Assembly (NCBI GenBank): GCA_950097015.1
Contig: CATNEN010000015.1
Coordinates: 434,001-498,000 of the forward strand
Length of the DNA stretch: 64,000 nucleotides
Direction: 5' to 3'
Origin: Macrostomum hystrix
Taxonomy: Eukaryota; Animalia; Platyhelminthes
Position 1 is the stretch's first letter; every line of letters begins with the position of its first letter. The notes under the pieces were generated by a model that was given only the letters and a program-made list of their open reading frames with translations, did not search any database and had not been told where the DNA came from. Below, piece by piece: positions 36,506 to 49,992 of this stretch. A program made the translations under genes and the position numbers.

Positions 36506-37089
36506 TTATAGACACAGATAGTTCAGGGTGAGTCAGCTGCAGCTACTAAACTCTGAGCACAGTGGCATTGAGTCTAATTAATTGCTCAATGTTGCATTCT
36601 CAAACAATTTACACACTCGAAAGGCACGGCTGGAATACACTGCATATTAAGAAATGCATTTTCATGCGACAATTCTGCTGCCTAACCCAGAGCACAGTCT
36701 ATCAACGTTTTTTGTAGGAGACAATTAAAACACCGTAGATTGAAAGGTAGTAAACTCGCAACAATAATCAGTGACAAAATGGGCTATCTTTCAGAATGCA
36801 GGCCTTGCACAGAATGAGTTTCAGACGCGCTTAATTGAAGCCCGAGTGGCTTCTGCTGCTGGGGCGAGAGACCAGTGACTGATGGGGCTGGAGACTGTGA
36901 GCCCTGCTATCTCACTCACTCTCACCTCCCCTCAGCTCTCATGTTCTTGGCGTTGTGTCCAAACTCTCCGCCCACCTGTCAATCAAATTGAAAACTTACG
37001 GGACAGTCCGATTGCGCGAGTACTGTACCTGGTGGAATTGAAGCCTTGTCAAGACAATTATTCCTGAATTCGAAGTCTGCACAACGCAG

Positions 37090-37848
37090 AGAAAAGAGAA
37101 GAGAGGAGAGGAGAGGAGAGGAGAGGAGAGGAGAGGAGAGGAGATGAGGGGAGAGGAGAGGAGAGGAGAGGAGAGAATGAATAGGAGAAGAGAGGATAGA
37201 GAGGAGTGGAGAGGAGATGATGGGAGAGGAGAGGAGAGGAGAGGAGAGGAGAGAAGAGAAGAGAAGGGGAGAGAATAGGAGAGGAGAGGAGATGAGGGGA
37301 GAGAAGAGAAGAGAAGGGGAGAGGAGAGGAGAGGAGAGGATAGAGAGGAGAGAATAGGAGAGGAGAGAATAGGAGAGGAGAGAATAGGAGAGGAGAGGAG
37401 AGGAGAGGAGAGGATAGAGAGGAGAGGATAGGAGAGGAGAGGATAGGAGAGGAGAGGATAGGAGAGGAGAGAATAGGAGAGGAGAGGATAGGAGAGGAGA
37501 GGATAGGAGAGGAGAGGATAGGAGAGGAGAGGAGAGGATAGGATAGGAGAGGAGAGGAGAGGAGAGGAGAGGAGAGGAGAGGAGAGGATAGGAGAGGAGA
37601 GGATAGGAGAGGAGAGGAGAGGAGAGGAGAGGAGAGGAGAGGAGAGGAGAGGATAGGAGAGGAGAGGATAGGAGAGGAGAGGATAGGAGAGGAGAGGATA
37701 GGAGAGGAGAGGAGAGGAGAGGATAGGAGAGGAGAGGATAGGAGAGGAGAGGAGAGGAGAGGATAGGAGAGGAGAGGAGAGGAGAGGAGAGGATAGGAGA
37801 GGAGAGGAGAGGAGAGGATAGGAGAGGAGAGGATAGGAGAGGAGAAGA
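37090..37848. repeat. (GGAGA)n / (GGATA) polypurine microsatellite
   Basis: Direct inspection. A short (GAGCAGT)n follows near 37915, and a CT-rich tract lies at about 38240-38430. Confidence 0.95.
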
Positions 37849-39119
37849 GAAAGCAGTGCCAGCCATGCACGGCAGTCCCGGGTTTACCTGGGTGGTCCGG
37901 TAGCTCTCCGCGTGTGAGCAGTGAGCAGTGAGCAGTGAGCAGTGAGCAGTGAGAAGTGAGCAGTTGTGGTCGCAGCGGCAGAGACCCCATCAACACGCAG
38001 CAGCAGCCTGGGAACCCACTAATGGCCACTTGGCTGGCGAAGTGCATTCTTAATGACAAAATTGCCTCCCTCACCATTTCATATAAGATGAGAATAATAT
38101 TTAGACACAGTTGATTTTTTTACGTACAGTTAAGTTCAAGTTCTGCAAGTTCTTCGGTTACAAAATTTAACCTTAGAATGAGGCTTTATATTTTGTATTC
38201 GTTTACTAAAACACTTTCTTTAATTCCACTTTGTCTCTTCTCCACTCCTCCTCCCCTCTCAAATCCTTTCCTCCTTTCTCTCCTCTCTCTCCTCTCTCCC
38301 TCCTCTCTTCCTCCTCTCTCCCTCCTCCCTCCCTCCTCTTTTTCCCCTCCCTCCCTCCTCTCTCCCTCCTCCCTCCTCTCTCCCTCCTCCCTCCCTCCTC
38401 TCTCCCTCCTCTCTCCCTTCTCTCCCTCCACCCTTCGTTCCCCTGTCTCTAAAATCCATTCCTACCAGAATGCAACAAACAGTAGATGGTCATTCAGTCT
38501 CCATGCTCACTCAAATTAAAAATGGCAACTGAGTGAGTCCATTCTCAACTGATTGCCCGGACTCAACAGGCCATGAAGCGAAACTTCCCAATGCTTCAGG
38601 TGGCTGCGCTCATGTCTTCGGGCCATTTGAGCATAGCTGACTGGCTGGCTGCTCATTAGCAATGGGGACAGACAGTCAGACACCGCTTCAACACTGTTCC
38701 CGGCCATTGTCTGCAAATGTATATTTTATATTAGCAATTCGGCTGGAGAAATCGCAGCCTCACGCTGAGAAGGAGCGTCTGTCACCGTCTCGAGGCCGCG
38801 AAGCTTTTCGGGTGGCTGGAATCGATCCAAGACCATGACAGATTGCTTCTGGAAGACCCGCTCATTGCGATTCCAGTGAGCACCGCCCCTACCCCACTTA
38901 CAATGCTCGCGGCCCTGACCCGTCTGTCCATTAGTGGCTTCCTTTTGTGTCGCCTAATTAATCATATCGAAATAAATCTTTTAAAGGCTTGTTGAGGCCG
39001 CTCAAAATTGTTTTTCTCTCCTAGTAGATAACTCAACTGCAATGTATAGGAATGCTTGTTAAAATTTATTGGAAAGTGGAAAGTTAGAGCAGGCTTGAAC
39101 TTGACACTACATTCCGTTA

Positions 39120-40660
39120 GAGACAGAAACGCGGGGAGAGACTGACAGGCAGAGACTGATAGGCAGAGACTGACAGGGAGAGACTGACAGGGAGAGACTG
39201 ACAGGGAGAGACAGACAAGGAGAGACAGACAGGGAAAGACAGACAGGGAAAGACTGACAGGGAAAGACAGACAGGGAGAGACTGACAGGGAAAGACAGAC
39301 AGGGAGAGACTGACAGGGAGAGACTGACAGGGAGAGACTGACAGGGAGAGACTGACAGGGAAAGACAGACAGGGAGAGACTGACAGGGAGAGACTGACAG
39401 GGAGAGACTGACAGGGAAAGACAGACAGGGAGAGACTGACAGGGAGAGACTGACAGGGAAAGACAGACATGGAGAGACTGACAGGGAAAGACAGACAGGG
39501 AGAGACTGACAGGGAAAGACAGACAGGGAGAGACTGACAGGGAGAGACAGACAGGGAGAGACTGACAGGGAAAGACAGACAGGGAGAGACAGACAGGGAG
39601 AGACTGACAGGGAGAGACTGACAGGGAAAGACAGACAGGGAGAGACTGACAGGGAGAGACTGACAGGGAAAGACAGACAGGGAGAGACTGACAGGGAGAG
39701 ACTGACAGGGAAAGACAGACAGGGAGAGACTGACAGGGAAAGACAGACAGGGAGAGACTGACAGGGAGAGACTGACAGGGAGAGACAGACAGGGAGAGAC
39801 AGACAGGGAGAGACTGACAGGGAGAGACTGACAGGGAGAGACAGACAGGGAGAGACTGACAGGGAGAGACTGACAGGGAAAGACAGACAGGGAGAGACTG
39901 ACAGGGAAAGACAGACAGGGAGAGACTGACAGGGAGAGACTGACAGGGAGAGACAGACAGGGAGAGACTGACAGGGAGAGACAGACAGGGAGAGACTGAC
40001 AGGGAGAGACTGACAGGGAAAGACAGACAGGGAGAGACTGACAGGGAGAGACTGACAGGGAAAGACAGACAGGGAGAGACTGACAGGGAAAGACAGACAG
40101 GGAGAGACTGACAGGGAGAGACTGACAGGGAGAGACAGACAGGGAGAGACTGACAGGGAGAGACTGACAGGGAAAGACAGACAGGGAGAGACAGACAGGG
40201 AGAGACTGACAGGGAGAGACTGACAGGGAGAGACTGACAGGGAGAGACTGACAGGGAGAGACTGACAGGGAGAGACTGACAGGGAGAGACAGACAGGGAG
40301 AGACTGACAGGGAGAGACAGACAGGGAGAGACAGACAGGGAGAGACTGACAGGGAAAGACAGACAGGGAGAGACAGACAGGGAGAGACTGACAGGGAGAG
40401 ACTGACAGGGAAAGACAGACAGGGAGAGACTGACAGGGAGAGACTGACAGGGAGAGACTGACAGGGAGAGACTGACAGGGAAAGACAGACAGGGAGAGAC
40501 TGACAGGGAGAGACTGACAGGGAGAGACAGACAGGGAGAGACTGACAGGGAGAGACAGACAGGGAGAGACTGACAGGGAGAGACTGACAGGGAGAGACAG
40601 ACAGGGAGAGACAGACAGGGAGAGACTGACAGGGAGAGACAGACAGGAAGAGACAGAGAG
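39120..40660. repeat. 14-bp minisatellite (GACAGGGAGAGACT / GACAGGGAAAGACA)n
   Basis: About 110 copies; explains the three 500+ aa repeat ORFs. Confidence 0.96.
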
Positions 40661-41127
40661 ACACACAAGGAGACTGTGGGTAGTGATCATTACAAAAAAA
40701 GTGCAGATCGAATATTGATCGCTGAAAATTGACTAATTATCAGTAATTTGATTCGAATATTCGGGGTTATATTTGACTGAATTGTCCCACTAGTTGCAAG
40801 GACCAATCGAATAATCTGTACTCGAATCATCTAAATTCAATGACTGCCTTGGCTGTTTAGCATTCCGTTATTACCGGAGTGGAACAGTTTTGCCTACATT
40901 TTACCTGCTTGATAAACATAATTGCTTTGTTTATCTTACTGACCCCAGCGATCACAATATGCAACGGACATGCACGGCAAGATGGGATTTGTTTATTTAA
41001 TTTAGTTTGCATATTTATCGAATGATTAATAAAAGTATTCATTGAGGCATAACATCCTTCATGAGGCATTTGCATCGCCTATTAACTCTCGAGTGTGACA
41101 TTATAACAGACACTGTGACAGACAGTG

Positions 41128-42565
41128 AGACTCAGGTGAGATGACACAGACTCAGGGTGAGATGACACAGACTCAGGGTGAGATGACACAGACTCAGGGT
41201 GAGATGACACAGACTCAGGGTGAGATGACACAGACTCAGGGTGAGATGAAACAGACTCAGGGTGAGATGAAACAGACTCAGGGTGAGATGACACAGACTC
41301 AGGGTGAGATGACACAGACTCAGGGTGAAATGAAACAGACTCAGGGTGAGATGAAACAGACTCAGGGTGAGATTACACAGACTCAGGGTGAGATGACACA
41401 GACTCAGGGTGAGATGAAACAGACTCAGGGTGAGATGACACAGACTCAAGGTGAGATTACACAGACTCAGGGTGAGATGACACAGATGTACTCAGGGTGA
41501 GATGACACAGACTCAGGGTGAGATGACACAGACTCAGGTGAGATGACACAGTGAGACTCAGGTGAGATGACACAGACTCGGGGTGAGATGACACAGACTC
41601 AGGGTGAGATGACACAGACTCAGGGTGAGATGACACAGACTCAGGGTGAGATGACACAGACTCAGGGTGAGATGAAACAGACTCAGGGTGAGATGAAACA
41701 GACTCAGGGTGAGATGACACAGACTCAGGGTGAGATGACACAGACTCAGGGTGAGATGAAACAGACTCAGGGTGAGATGAAACAGACTCAGGGTGAGATT
41801 ACACAGACTCAGGGTGAGATGAAACAGACTCAGGGTGAGATGACACAGACTCAGGGTGAGATGACACAGACTCAGGGTGAGATGACACAGACTCAGGGTG
41901 AGATGAAACAGACTCAGGGTGAGATGAAACAGACTCAGGGTGAGATTACACAGACTCAGGGTGAGATGAAACAGACTCAGGGTGAGATGACACAGACGTA
42001 CTCAGGGTGAGATGACACAGACTCAGGGTGAGATGACACAGACTCAGGTGAGATGACACAGACTCGGGGTGAGATGACACAGACTCAGGGTGAGATGACA
42101 CAGACTCAGGGTGAGATGACACAGACTCAGGGTGAGATGACACAGACTCAGGGTGAGATGACACAGACTCAGGGTGAGATGACACAGACTCAGGGTGAGA
42201 TGACACAGACTCAAGGTGAGATTACACAGACTCGGGGTGAGATGAAACAGACTCAGGGTGAGATGACACAGACGTACTCAGGGTGAGATGACACAGACTC
42301 AGGGTGAGATGAAACAGACTCAGGGTGAGATGACACAGACGTACTCAGGGTGAGATGACACAGACTCAGGGTGAGATGACACAGACTCAGGTGAGATGAC
42401 ACAGACTCGGGGTGAGATGACACAGACTCAGGGTGAGATGACACAGACTCAGGGTGAGATGACACAGACTCAGGGTGAGATGAAACAGACTCAGGGTGAG
42501 ATGACACAGACTCAGGGTGAGATGACACAGACTCAGGGTGAGATGAAACAGACTCAGGGTGAGAT
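41128..42565. repeat. 21-bp minisatellite (GAGATGACACAGACTCAGGGT)n
   Basis: About 68 copies with recurring interruptions (GATGTACTC, GACGTACTC, one-G deletions). Confidence 0.96.
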
Positions 42566-43149
42566 TCAGGTCTCATGCGGTTTTGGTGTTGAGAGAGAAG
42601 TGAAGTAAAGAAAGCGAACCGGGTTGCCATAGCGACCATGATCCATCTTCTGAGTAATCATAATTTCCTCGGCAATATTATAAATTATGTTTTTTATTGT
42701 GTACACAATTAGCGGATAGCAATACAGGTGCTTTACTGTATAGCCCTAATCATTGCAACAACTCCCATTGTCCTCATAGTTCTTATTTCACAGCTAGTGC
42801 TAAATAATAGCGATTATCTACTCTTTTCCAACTAGCTCCCCTCGAATATCAGGTGTTAATGACCTCGGGTGGGACCTGCAGTTCAATAACCAATGCATTG
42901 CTTATTGCGTCATTGAGTTATTAAATATTTTGTTTAATTCATTGCCGTCATTATCGTCACAAATTAGGCTTGGTAGCGTTTATGCAAGTGAAACTGACTA
43001 TAACTCCATGTATAATAACTGTACTTAACTGTACTAGCGTACTAGCTATTATGCCCCGAGGGAAATATTTAGCAAATAATTAGATAAAAAGATGGGAAGA
43101 CACAATATTCTTGGTTCTACCCATGAAACCACGTTATTCGTTTGTAAAT

Positions 43150-43805
43150 GAACCTGTTAGACAGTTTAGGGAAATGTTAGACTGTATAGGGAGCTGTTAG
43201 ACAGTACAGGGAGCTGTTAGACAGTACAGGGAGCTGTTAGACAGTACAGGGAGCTGTTAGACAGTTCAGGGAGCTGTTAGATAGTACAGGGAGCTGTTAG
43301 ACAGTACAGGGAACTGTTAGACAGTACAGGGAGCTGTTAGACAGTACAGGGAGCTGTAAGACAGTACAGGGAGCTGTTAGACAGTACAGGGAGCTGTTAG
43401 ACAGTACAGGGAGCTGTTAGACAGTACAGGGAACTGTTAGACAGTACAGGGAGCTGTTAGACAGTACAGGGAGCTGTTAGACAGTACAGGGAGCTGTTAG
43501 ACAGTTCAGGGAGCTGTTAGACAGTACAGGGAGCTGTTAGACAGTACAGGGAGCTGTTAGACAGTACAGGGAGCTGTTAGACAGTACAGGGAGCTGTTAG
43601 ACAGTACATGGAGCTGTTAGACAGTACAGGGAGCTGTTAGACAGTTCAGGGAGCTGTTAGACAGTACAGGGAGCTGTTAGACAGTACAGGGAGCTGTTAG
43701 ATAGTACATGGAGCTGTTAGACAGTACAGGGAGCTGTTAGACAGTACAGGGAGCTGTTGGATAGTACAGGGAGTTGTTAGACAGTACAGTGAGGTGTTAG
43801 ACAGA
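43150..43805. repeat. 20-bp minisatellite (GGGAGCTGTTAGACAGTACA)n
   Basis: About 32 copies. Confidence 0.96.
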
Positions 43806-45479
43806 TCAGAGACTCCGCTTTATAAGCAATTTGGCATTATTTTATTAACAAAGCAGTGAGCGAAATTAACCTAATCCCCGTAGCAAAGTAAAGTTTTAAC
43901 AATAGGAAAAATAAACTGTTATTTGTGCAATTTCAGCAAGATTGCATGAACGGATTAAAATGTGTGAAAAGGATGAAATCTTCGGATTAAGCCAGACGTT
44001 TATATTTTGATCGCAAATCACTGAGCTATTGTCCGTAAGTGTCAGACTTATTTCACCTGATTTTGCTTTCTAATTGCGTTTTTTTCGCCTCAATGGTTTG
44101 ATCAATATTTGCTGATGAGCTTTCAACGCCCGCGTGGCAACCAATGGCATATTAAACCGCTTGGGATAGAAAATTTCCGGCATTGAAATAAAAAATGCAA
44201 AGTTGCTAAGGGCATCAATTAAGTCACAGCACAGGTGAGAAGCCAGTTACTGACCTCACCCTGCATGGTCTCAAATCTAGGAGGACACTATATTTATGAT
44301 ATATTTGAACAGTCATTGGATTCAAATATCCCCAAACGCATCATATATAGTATAGAGGATAAATAGGTATATCTAACGGCAAATGGTCTTTACGAATAGG
44401 TGCGAAGAGGTGTTGGAAAGTTGAATTTGGTGAGGGATGGTCTCCCTAAATCTATATTGCAGTGTTCTCAAGCTCTATACTCAAACCGGCAATTTGCGAA
44501 TGAAGTATTATTATCATTTCTATGGGCTTGATAATGGAGTAGGTGAGGCAAGTGTGTCAAGTGTCAACCCAACTGCAGACAAGTTTCCAAGCGGACACCT
44601 CCGACACTATAGTCTATGGGCAGGGGCGGGGCCGTGTCTTATTGCAGTGTTCGAGGGGCATTTCTATATTTGCGTGGGATTGCGCAATTAGCACGAGTTG
44701 CATGCTTGGGCGGAGCTGGCGAGCATCCCGATTCACCAGTTCCCCGGCAGTTCAATGGGGTCAGGCCTGTGACTGCAGACTGGCCCGACTGTCTGTCTCG
44801 TATAACAGGTGATTGTCTACTACCCTAAACACCGACTGTTACGCAAATGTCATAGTCTATGGCCAAAACCTATACACTGCCACTCGACACTTGTTGCCTC
44901 ACCTCAGTCGCATTGTGGAAATGTGGCATTCTATACAGCCAAAAAAGCTACGTTTAAAATCCAGCGACAGTTGCCTATTTTGTGGCGTGCCCAAGTTTTT
45001 TATTCCTCTATTTAGCATTTAACAAAGTAAAAGAAATTGAAACAGAATAACAAATTGAACGTCATTTGGAGACTTTTGTTATGCCGCATACATGTAACAT
45101 CATGTCACGCATGTGTGCCTTCGACCAAAGTTGCGTTTTGCAAAGGACTTCAATAGGCATATGTTATTTTACATTTCACTGTTTGCTAAATACTTCATGC
45201 TCAGTTATCCGCCCCTCCATTGGAGGATTTCAGCTATCGTCCCCTTTTATTAAAACTTGAAGGATCTCCGTTTTCTGCCTTGAAATTAAGTGGATTTGTG
45301 AAATCAAGTCCATTAAAGTAAATGTAGAAATCTACCACGTGGAAAGTACACCACGCATGTACATCAATTAATTGATTATGTACTTTGGCTTGCGTGTTTG
45401 CCTCCTCGTAAGTGAGCTAAATTATTTTGACCGTAAATAAATTGAAAGTGTTTTGGCTCTATCATAAAAACCAGAGCAG

Positions 45480-45750
45480 GCGAATGAGTGTGAATGGAGA
45501 GAGGTGGGTGCAGGGCCGGGCCCATATTCTCCGCCCATCCATATACTTTTTAAGCGCACATTAATTCCACTCTCTTTTTTCAATTTCAGAGCCAACCCCC
45601 CACTCTAAAAATCATTATCTTCGGCCCAACCCCCCATGCCCCAACCCCCTAAACCCACCCCCCGCGGCTGGGCGCCGCAGCCAATAGCCGGGGCCAGGAC
45701 CGCCCGCTCGCCCCCCACTCGCGCAGCCCCACCGCGCGGATAAAACGCAG
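45480..45750 (+). promoter_or_regulatory. Candidate GC-rich Zic promoter
   Basis: CCAAT at 45681, GC-box-like CCGCCC near 45700 and GATAAAA near 45739, about 300-350 bp upstream of the ATG. No TSS evidence. Confidence 0.3.
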
Positions 45751-46033
45751 TCCTGGCGGGGGTTCAGATTCAGTAATACGAGAGAGACAGAGTCCCTTCG
45801 CTTACATCCAGCCTACGGAGTCAGCGCCCTTCACAGCTTGGCCTCGAAGCTTCACAAACAGAGCAAAATCTCTTTTCCTTGCTTAGCCAAGCCCCATTGC
45901 CCCGTGTTCCTGTGCAGCTTTTCTGTGCAGCTCGGGACATTAGGGATTATTTCGGCTCGACCCAGAAGCAATTGGCGGTCTCCTATGCGAGTACGGCGCA
46001 TCTGATTCTAAACAGTCAGCCAGCCAATACAAA

Positions 46034-48235
46034 ATGTTCAGCCCGTATGCCTCTGCGGACACGGCCCAGCCTGTGCAGCCGCTGCATCAGCAACAGCAAC
46101 ACCACCAGCTGGCTCAGCTATCCCATCATCAGCATCATCAGCAAGAGCCAATGCAGCAGCAGCAGCAGCAGCAGCGGCACTGCAGGCCCGCCTCCTACGA
46201 GTTCCCGGCCGCAGCGGCGGCGGCGGCCGCGGCAGCAGCGGCCTATGGTGACTTTTTCGCCGGGACCGCAGCAGCCGCAGTACCCTCCGCTACTCAATAC
46301 GGCCAGAGCCACAGTCAGCACCAGCATCAGCCTCATCAGCAGAGCCTGCAGTCGCCCGCAGCCGAGTCGCCACATTTGCAGTATTCTCAGCAGATGCAGC
46401 AGCATCAGTACCAACAGCAACAGCAGCAGCCGCAGCCTCCGCAGCCGCATCATCAGCCTCATCCTCACCAAGGCTTCCCTGGCCTGTCAGCGGAGCAGTA
46501 CAACCCGTTCGGGCACCCGTTCTCCCACCCGCTGTCCGGCATGGGACCCTACGGCCCTGCATTCTACCGGGCCTACCTGCACCAGGCCCCCGGTGTCAGG
46601 CCGTACCCGGGAGGCGGTGGCGGCGGCGGTCGCCATGACTACCGGTGTCTATGGCTGGACCCTGACAGGCTGGGCTTCGGCCCGATGTGCGCGAGGAAGC
46701 CCTGCAACAGGATGTTCGCCACCATTCACGACATTGTCACCCACATCACTGTAGATCATGTTGGAGGTGAGTTGCCCTGGGGCTCTGATTCTCAAACTTG
46801 TGGGGTCCTGAAGTGAGGGCTGGCGATCCTGAAGTGAGGGCTGGCGATTCTGAAGTGAGGGATGGCGATCCTGAAGTGAGGGATGGCGATCCTGAAGTGA
46901 GGGATGGCGATTCTGAAGTGACGGACTGCTGACTTTGTTGCATTTTCGGCGGATTCCAAGGTTAAATTTCAATTCCGATTTCAATTCCAATGCTCACAAT
47001 CCTACCTGATCTTCAGGCCCCGAGCTGACGGATCACACCTGCTACTGGCAGGAGTGCTCGCGCAACCTGAAGCCGTTCAAGGCCAAGTACAAGCTGGTGA
47101 ACCACATCCGGGTGCACACCGGCGAGCGCCCGTTCCCCTGCCCGTTCCCCGGCTGCGGCAAAGTGTTCGCCAGGTCCGAGAACCTCAAGATTCACAAGAG
47201 GACGCACACAGGTGAGGGGCCTGCGGCCTGCCACTGCTATGCTATTTTCCACTGGGTTTTTATAAGGATCGCTTAGGAGTCAGTGGCAGAGCGGTTAACG
47301 CGTTTGCCTCTCGTGCCAAGGTCCCTAAGTTCGATTCCGCGGCGAGGCCACATTCATTTGCGGAGAGAAGGCTTAGGGGGTTGTCGTGTAATTTGCACCC
47401 TTGAGGTCCAACCTCTAAGACGATGAGAAAGTCAGGGCAGATGTACACACCTGTGTGAGCGTGTGCCTGACTATCTGTGTGCGTGTCTGCTCAGGAGTCA
47501 GCGGAATGGGCAGAATTGGCTCCAGTCTGGCTGCTGGTCTAGTGTCACCGAATGATGTGCCATTGCCTGCTGCCCTTCTGCAATTATTATTATTATTATT
47601 GTGAGGTTTGCTTCCTAAACTTTCTTATCCCCCTCTTGATCCTCTCCGCCTCGTACTATTATCCCTTATTATCCCACTCTAAGCGCACTCACCCCGATGC
47701 CGCCCGCCCAGGCGAGAAGCCCTTCAAATGCGAGTTCAGCGGCTGCGATCGCCGATTCGCCAACAGCTCGGACCGCAAGAAGCACATGCACGTGCACGTT
47801 AACGACAAACCCTACTACTGCCGAGTTGACGGCTGCGACAAGTCCTACACTCACCCCAGCTCCCTGCGCAAGCACATGCGGGTGCACGGACTCGAAACTG
47901 CGACCGCCGGATCCGCTGCCGGCGCCGCCTCGTCCGACATCGACGACGACTGCAGCCGAGCTGGCAGTCAGGCCAGTGTGGGGAAGCTGGCCCCCGTAAA
48001 GACCGAAGTCCGGCAACAGCCGCAGCCGCAGCAACAGCAGCCACAGCAGCAGCAGCAGCAGCAGCAGTCCCGTCGCGCAACAGGCGGGAGTCGACACTCT
48101 TCGCCAAACGATGGTCAGCTGTCGCCGAATCCGCCATCCGTGCCCAGCGATTGGACCAGCCCGACCAGCTACGCCAGGCTGACTGAGGTGCGACATCCCC
48201 ACCAACTGCTGTTCCCCGCTGCCGCCTTCCAGTGA
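46034..48235 (+). CDS. Zic: Zic/odd-paired family C2H2 zinc-finger transcription factor, 3 exons, 483 aa
   Basis: Exons 46034-46766, 47017-47211, 47712-48235, with both introns phase 1. Five fingers including the tandem CW motif (CLW...CYW), [53 protein letters not shown] and [18 protein letters not shown]-like AFYRAYL precedes finger 1. Confidence 0.97.
46808..46920. repeat. 21-bp tandem repeat in Zic intron 1
   Basis: About 5.5 copies of CTGAAGTGAGGGATGGCGATC. Confidence 0.9.
47277..47350 (+). other. Degenerate tRNA-like sequence (possible SINE head) in Zic intron 2
   Basis: A-box-like TGGCAGAGCGG, anticodon-arm-like TTTGC-CTCTCGT-GCCAA and B-box-like GTTCGATTCC at tRNA spacing. Acceptor and T stems do not pair well. 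Confidence 0.45.
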
Positions 48236-48289
48236 GCGATGGCCAGCACCCACCTCACTCCCTCGCATTGTGCTGGCTAGGTTTCGAAA

Positions 48290-48500
48290 TCCGCCCTCTA
48301 CTCATCCGCTGTCTACCAATCCCATCCGCCCTCTACTCCTCCGCTGTCTACCAATCTAATCCATCCTCTACTCCTCCGCTGTCTACCAATCTAATCCACC
48401 CTCTCCACCTCCGCTGTCTACCAATCGAATCCACCCTCTACTCATCCGCTGTCTACCAATTCAATCCGCCCTCTACTCATCCGCTGTCTACCAATCCAAT
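48290..48500. repeat. About 35-bp tandem repeat just 3' of Zic
   Basis: About 6 copies of CCGCTGTCTACCAATCYAATCCRCCCTCTACTCMT. Confidence 0.85.
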
Positions 48501-49584
48501 CCGCACTTTCCAATTAGATAGGCTATGAATTTCCTGAGTTACAGAGGCCACACAGTGAGGAGTCCCTGAGGGAGGTTGGTGCTGAAGTTGCTCACCTATT
48601 CAAATGTGAAAAATGCATCAAAGCCATTGAAAGCCTTGTGTCAATTGTGTCTGTCTCTCATAGCAACTCGTGTTATTTTATCCTTAGTCCTCCCTGTAGA
48701 GATGTACTTTTAATTGAAGCTTGCGGACTCCAGCTGAGGGTCTCCTCCTGATCCCAGGTCCGCGCGCGGGTCTTTTCCCGTGCCGCGGTTGAGCTCAGGT
48801 TGAGTAGACTCAGTTGGTGATCAGATGCAAGTCGAGTTTTACATTGACAACAGTTTTTTTAACTCAGTGCTCGGCTCCGAGACAGTTATTTTAATGTTAG
48901 GCTTTTTTACCGGCAATTTTTTAAAGGACAATCGCTTTACTGTGAGCATAATATTAATACTAATATTGTGACACCTTTCATAATATGAATAATATGCAGA
49001 GATGTTCTCATTTTTAGCTTATTTTTTATTAACTTATCCGCTTTTTTATCTCCGTGCAGCTGTGTGACAACTTTCACTGCGAAATTAATTCTTCTTTTGC
49101 ATTGAACTCATCTTTGTGGCCTCTGCCAAGATTGCTTCCGTGTCTCATTGTTAATAATTTTGTTAATATTATGAAAATTCTGGATTGCATTGAAGCATTA
49201 TGCTTGTGTGTCAGCGCAAGCTGCTGTCTCTACTGCACCTGTAGATTTCTTCTGTGAAGTGAGCATGTTGCAATTCTCTGCTTTTAGTTTGACACGCGAC
49301 TGAATGCCACACACTGCGCACCTGTGAGAGTAAGCCGGTCACCGCTGGCCGTTTTCAAATGCAGCTTCATATAGCCTTTCTTTATTTCGTTATTAAATTA
49401 TCGTAGCTTATCGTATTGTCCGCTATCCTAGAGATACGCGACTCAAAATGATGAACTCTGCGAGTTCAGACTCTGTTATTTGTGGGAGAACATCGTCCAG
49501 TTTCTAAGGGAAGCTAAAAAGGCGTGTGTAAGACTGAGGGCCTTAGATAGTGTTTGTGAGTTGAATTGAGGGTGTTCAATATTG

Positions 49585-49992
49585 CGCGTGTTAGACTGAG
49601 GGTGTTAGATGCTGAAGGTGTTAGACACTAAGGGTGTTAGATACTGAAGGTGTTAGATACTGAAGGTGTTAGATACTGAGGGTATTAGATACAGAGGGTG
49701 TTAGATACTGAGGGTGTTAGATGCTGAAGGTGTTAGATACTGAGGGTATTAGATACAGAGGGTGTTAGATACTGAGGGTGTTAGATACTGAGGGTGTTAG
49801 ATACTGAGGGTATTAGATACAGAGGGTGTTAGATACTGAGGGTGTTAGATACTGAGGGTGTTAGATACAGAGGGTGTTAGATACTGAGGGTGTTAGATAC
49901 TGAGGGTGTTAGATACTGAGGGTGTTAGATACTGAAGGAGTCAGATACTGAGGGTGTTAGATACTGAAGGTGTTAGATACTGAGGGTGTTAG
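49585..49992. repeat. 16-bp minisatellite (GAGGGTGTTAGATACT)n
   Basis: About 25 copies. Confidence 0.95.

Noticed and set aside
38780-38900. Minus-strand tRNA-like segment (GGATCGATTCCAGCC)
   Set aside because: Only a weak T-loop match; no convincing A box or cloverleaf.
31379-42639. 500-600 aa Ser/Leu/Pro/Val-rich ORFs and MTQTQGE ORFs
   Set aside because: Open in several frames at once because the repeat units lack stops; not genes.
47552-47711. N-terminal extension of the 227-aa ORF (MMCHCLLPF...)
   Set aside because: Part of Zic intron 2; the exon begins at 47712.
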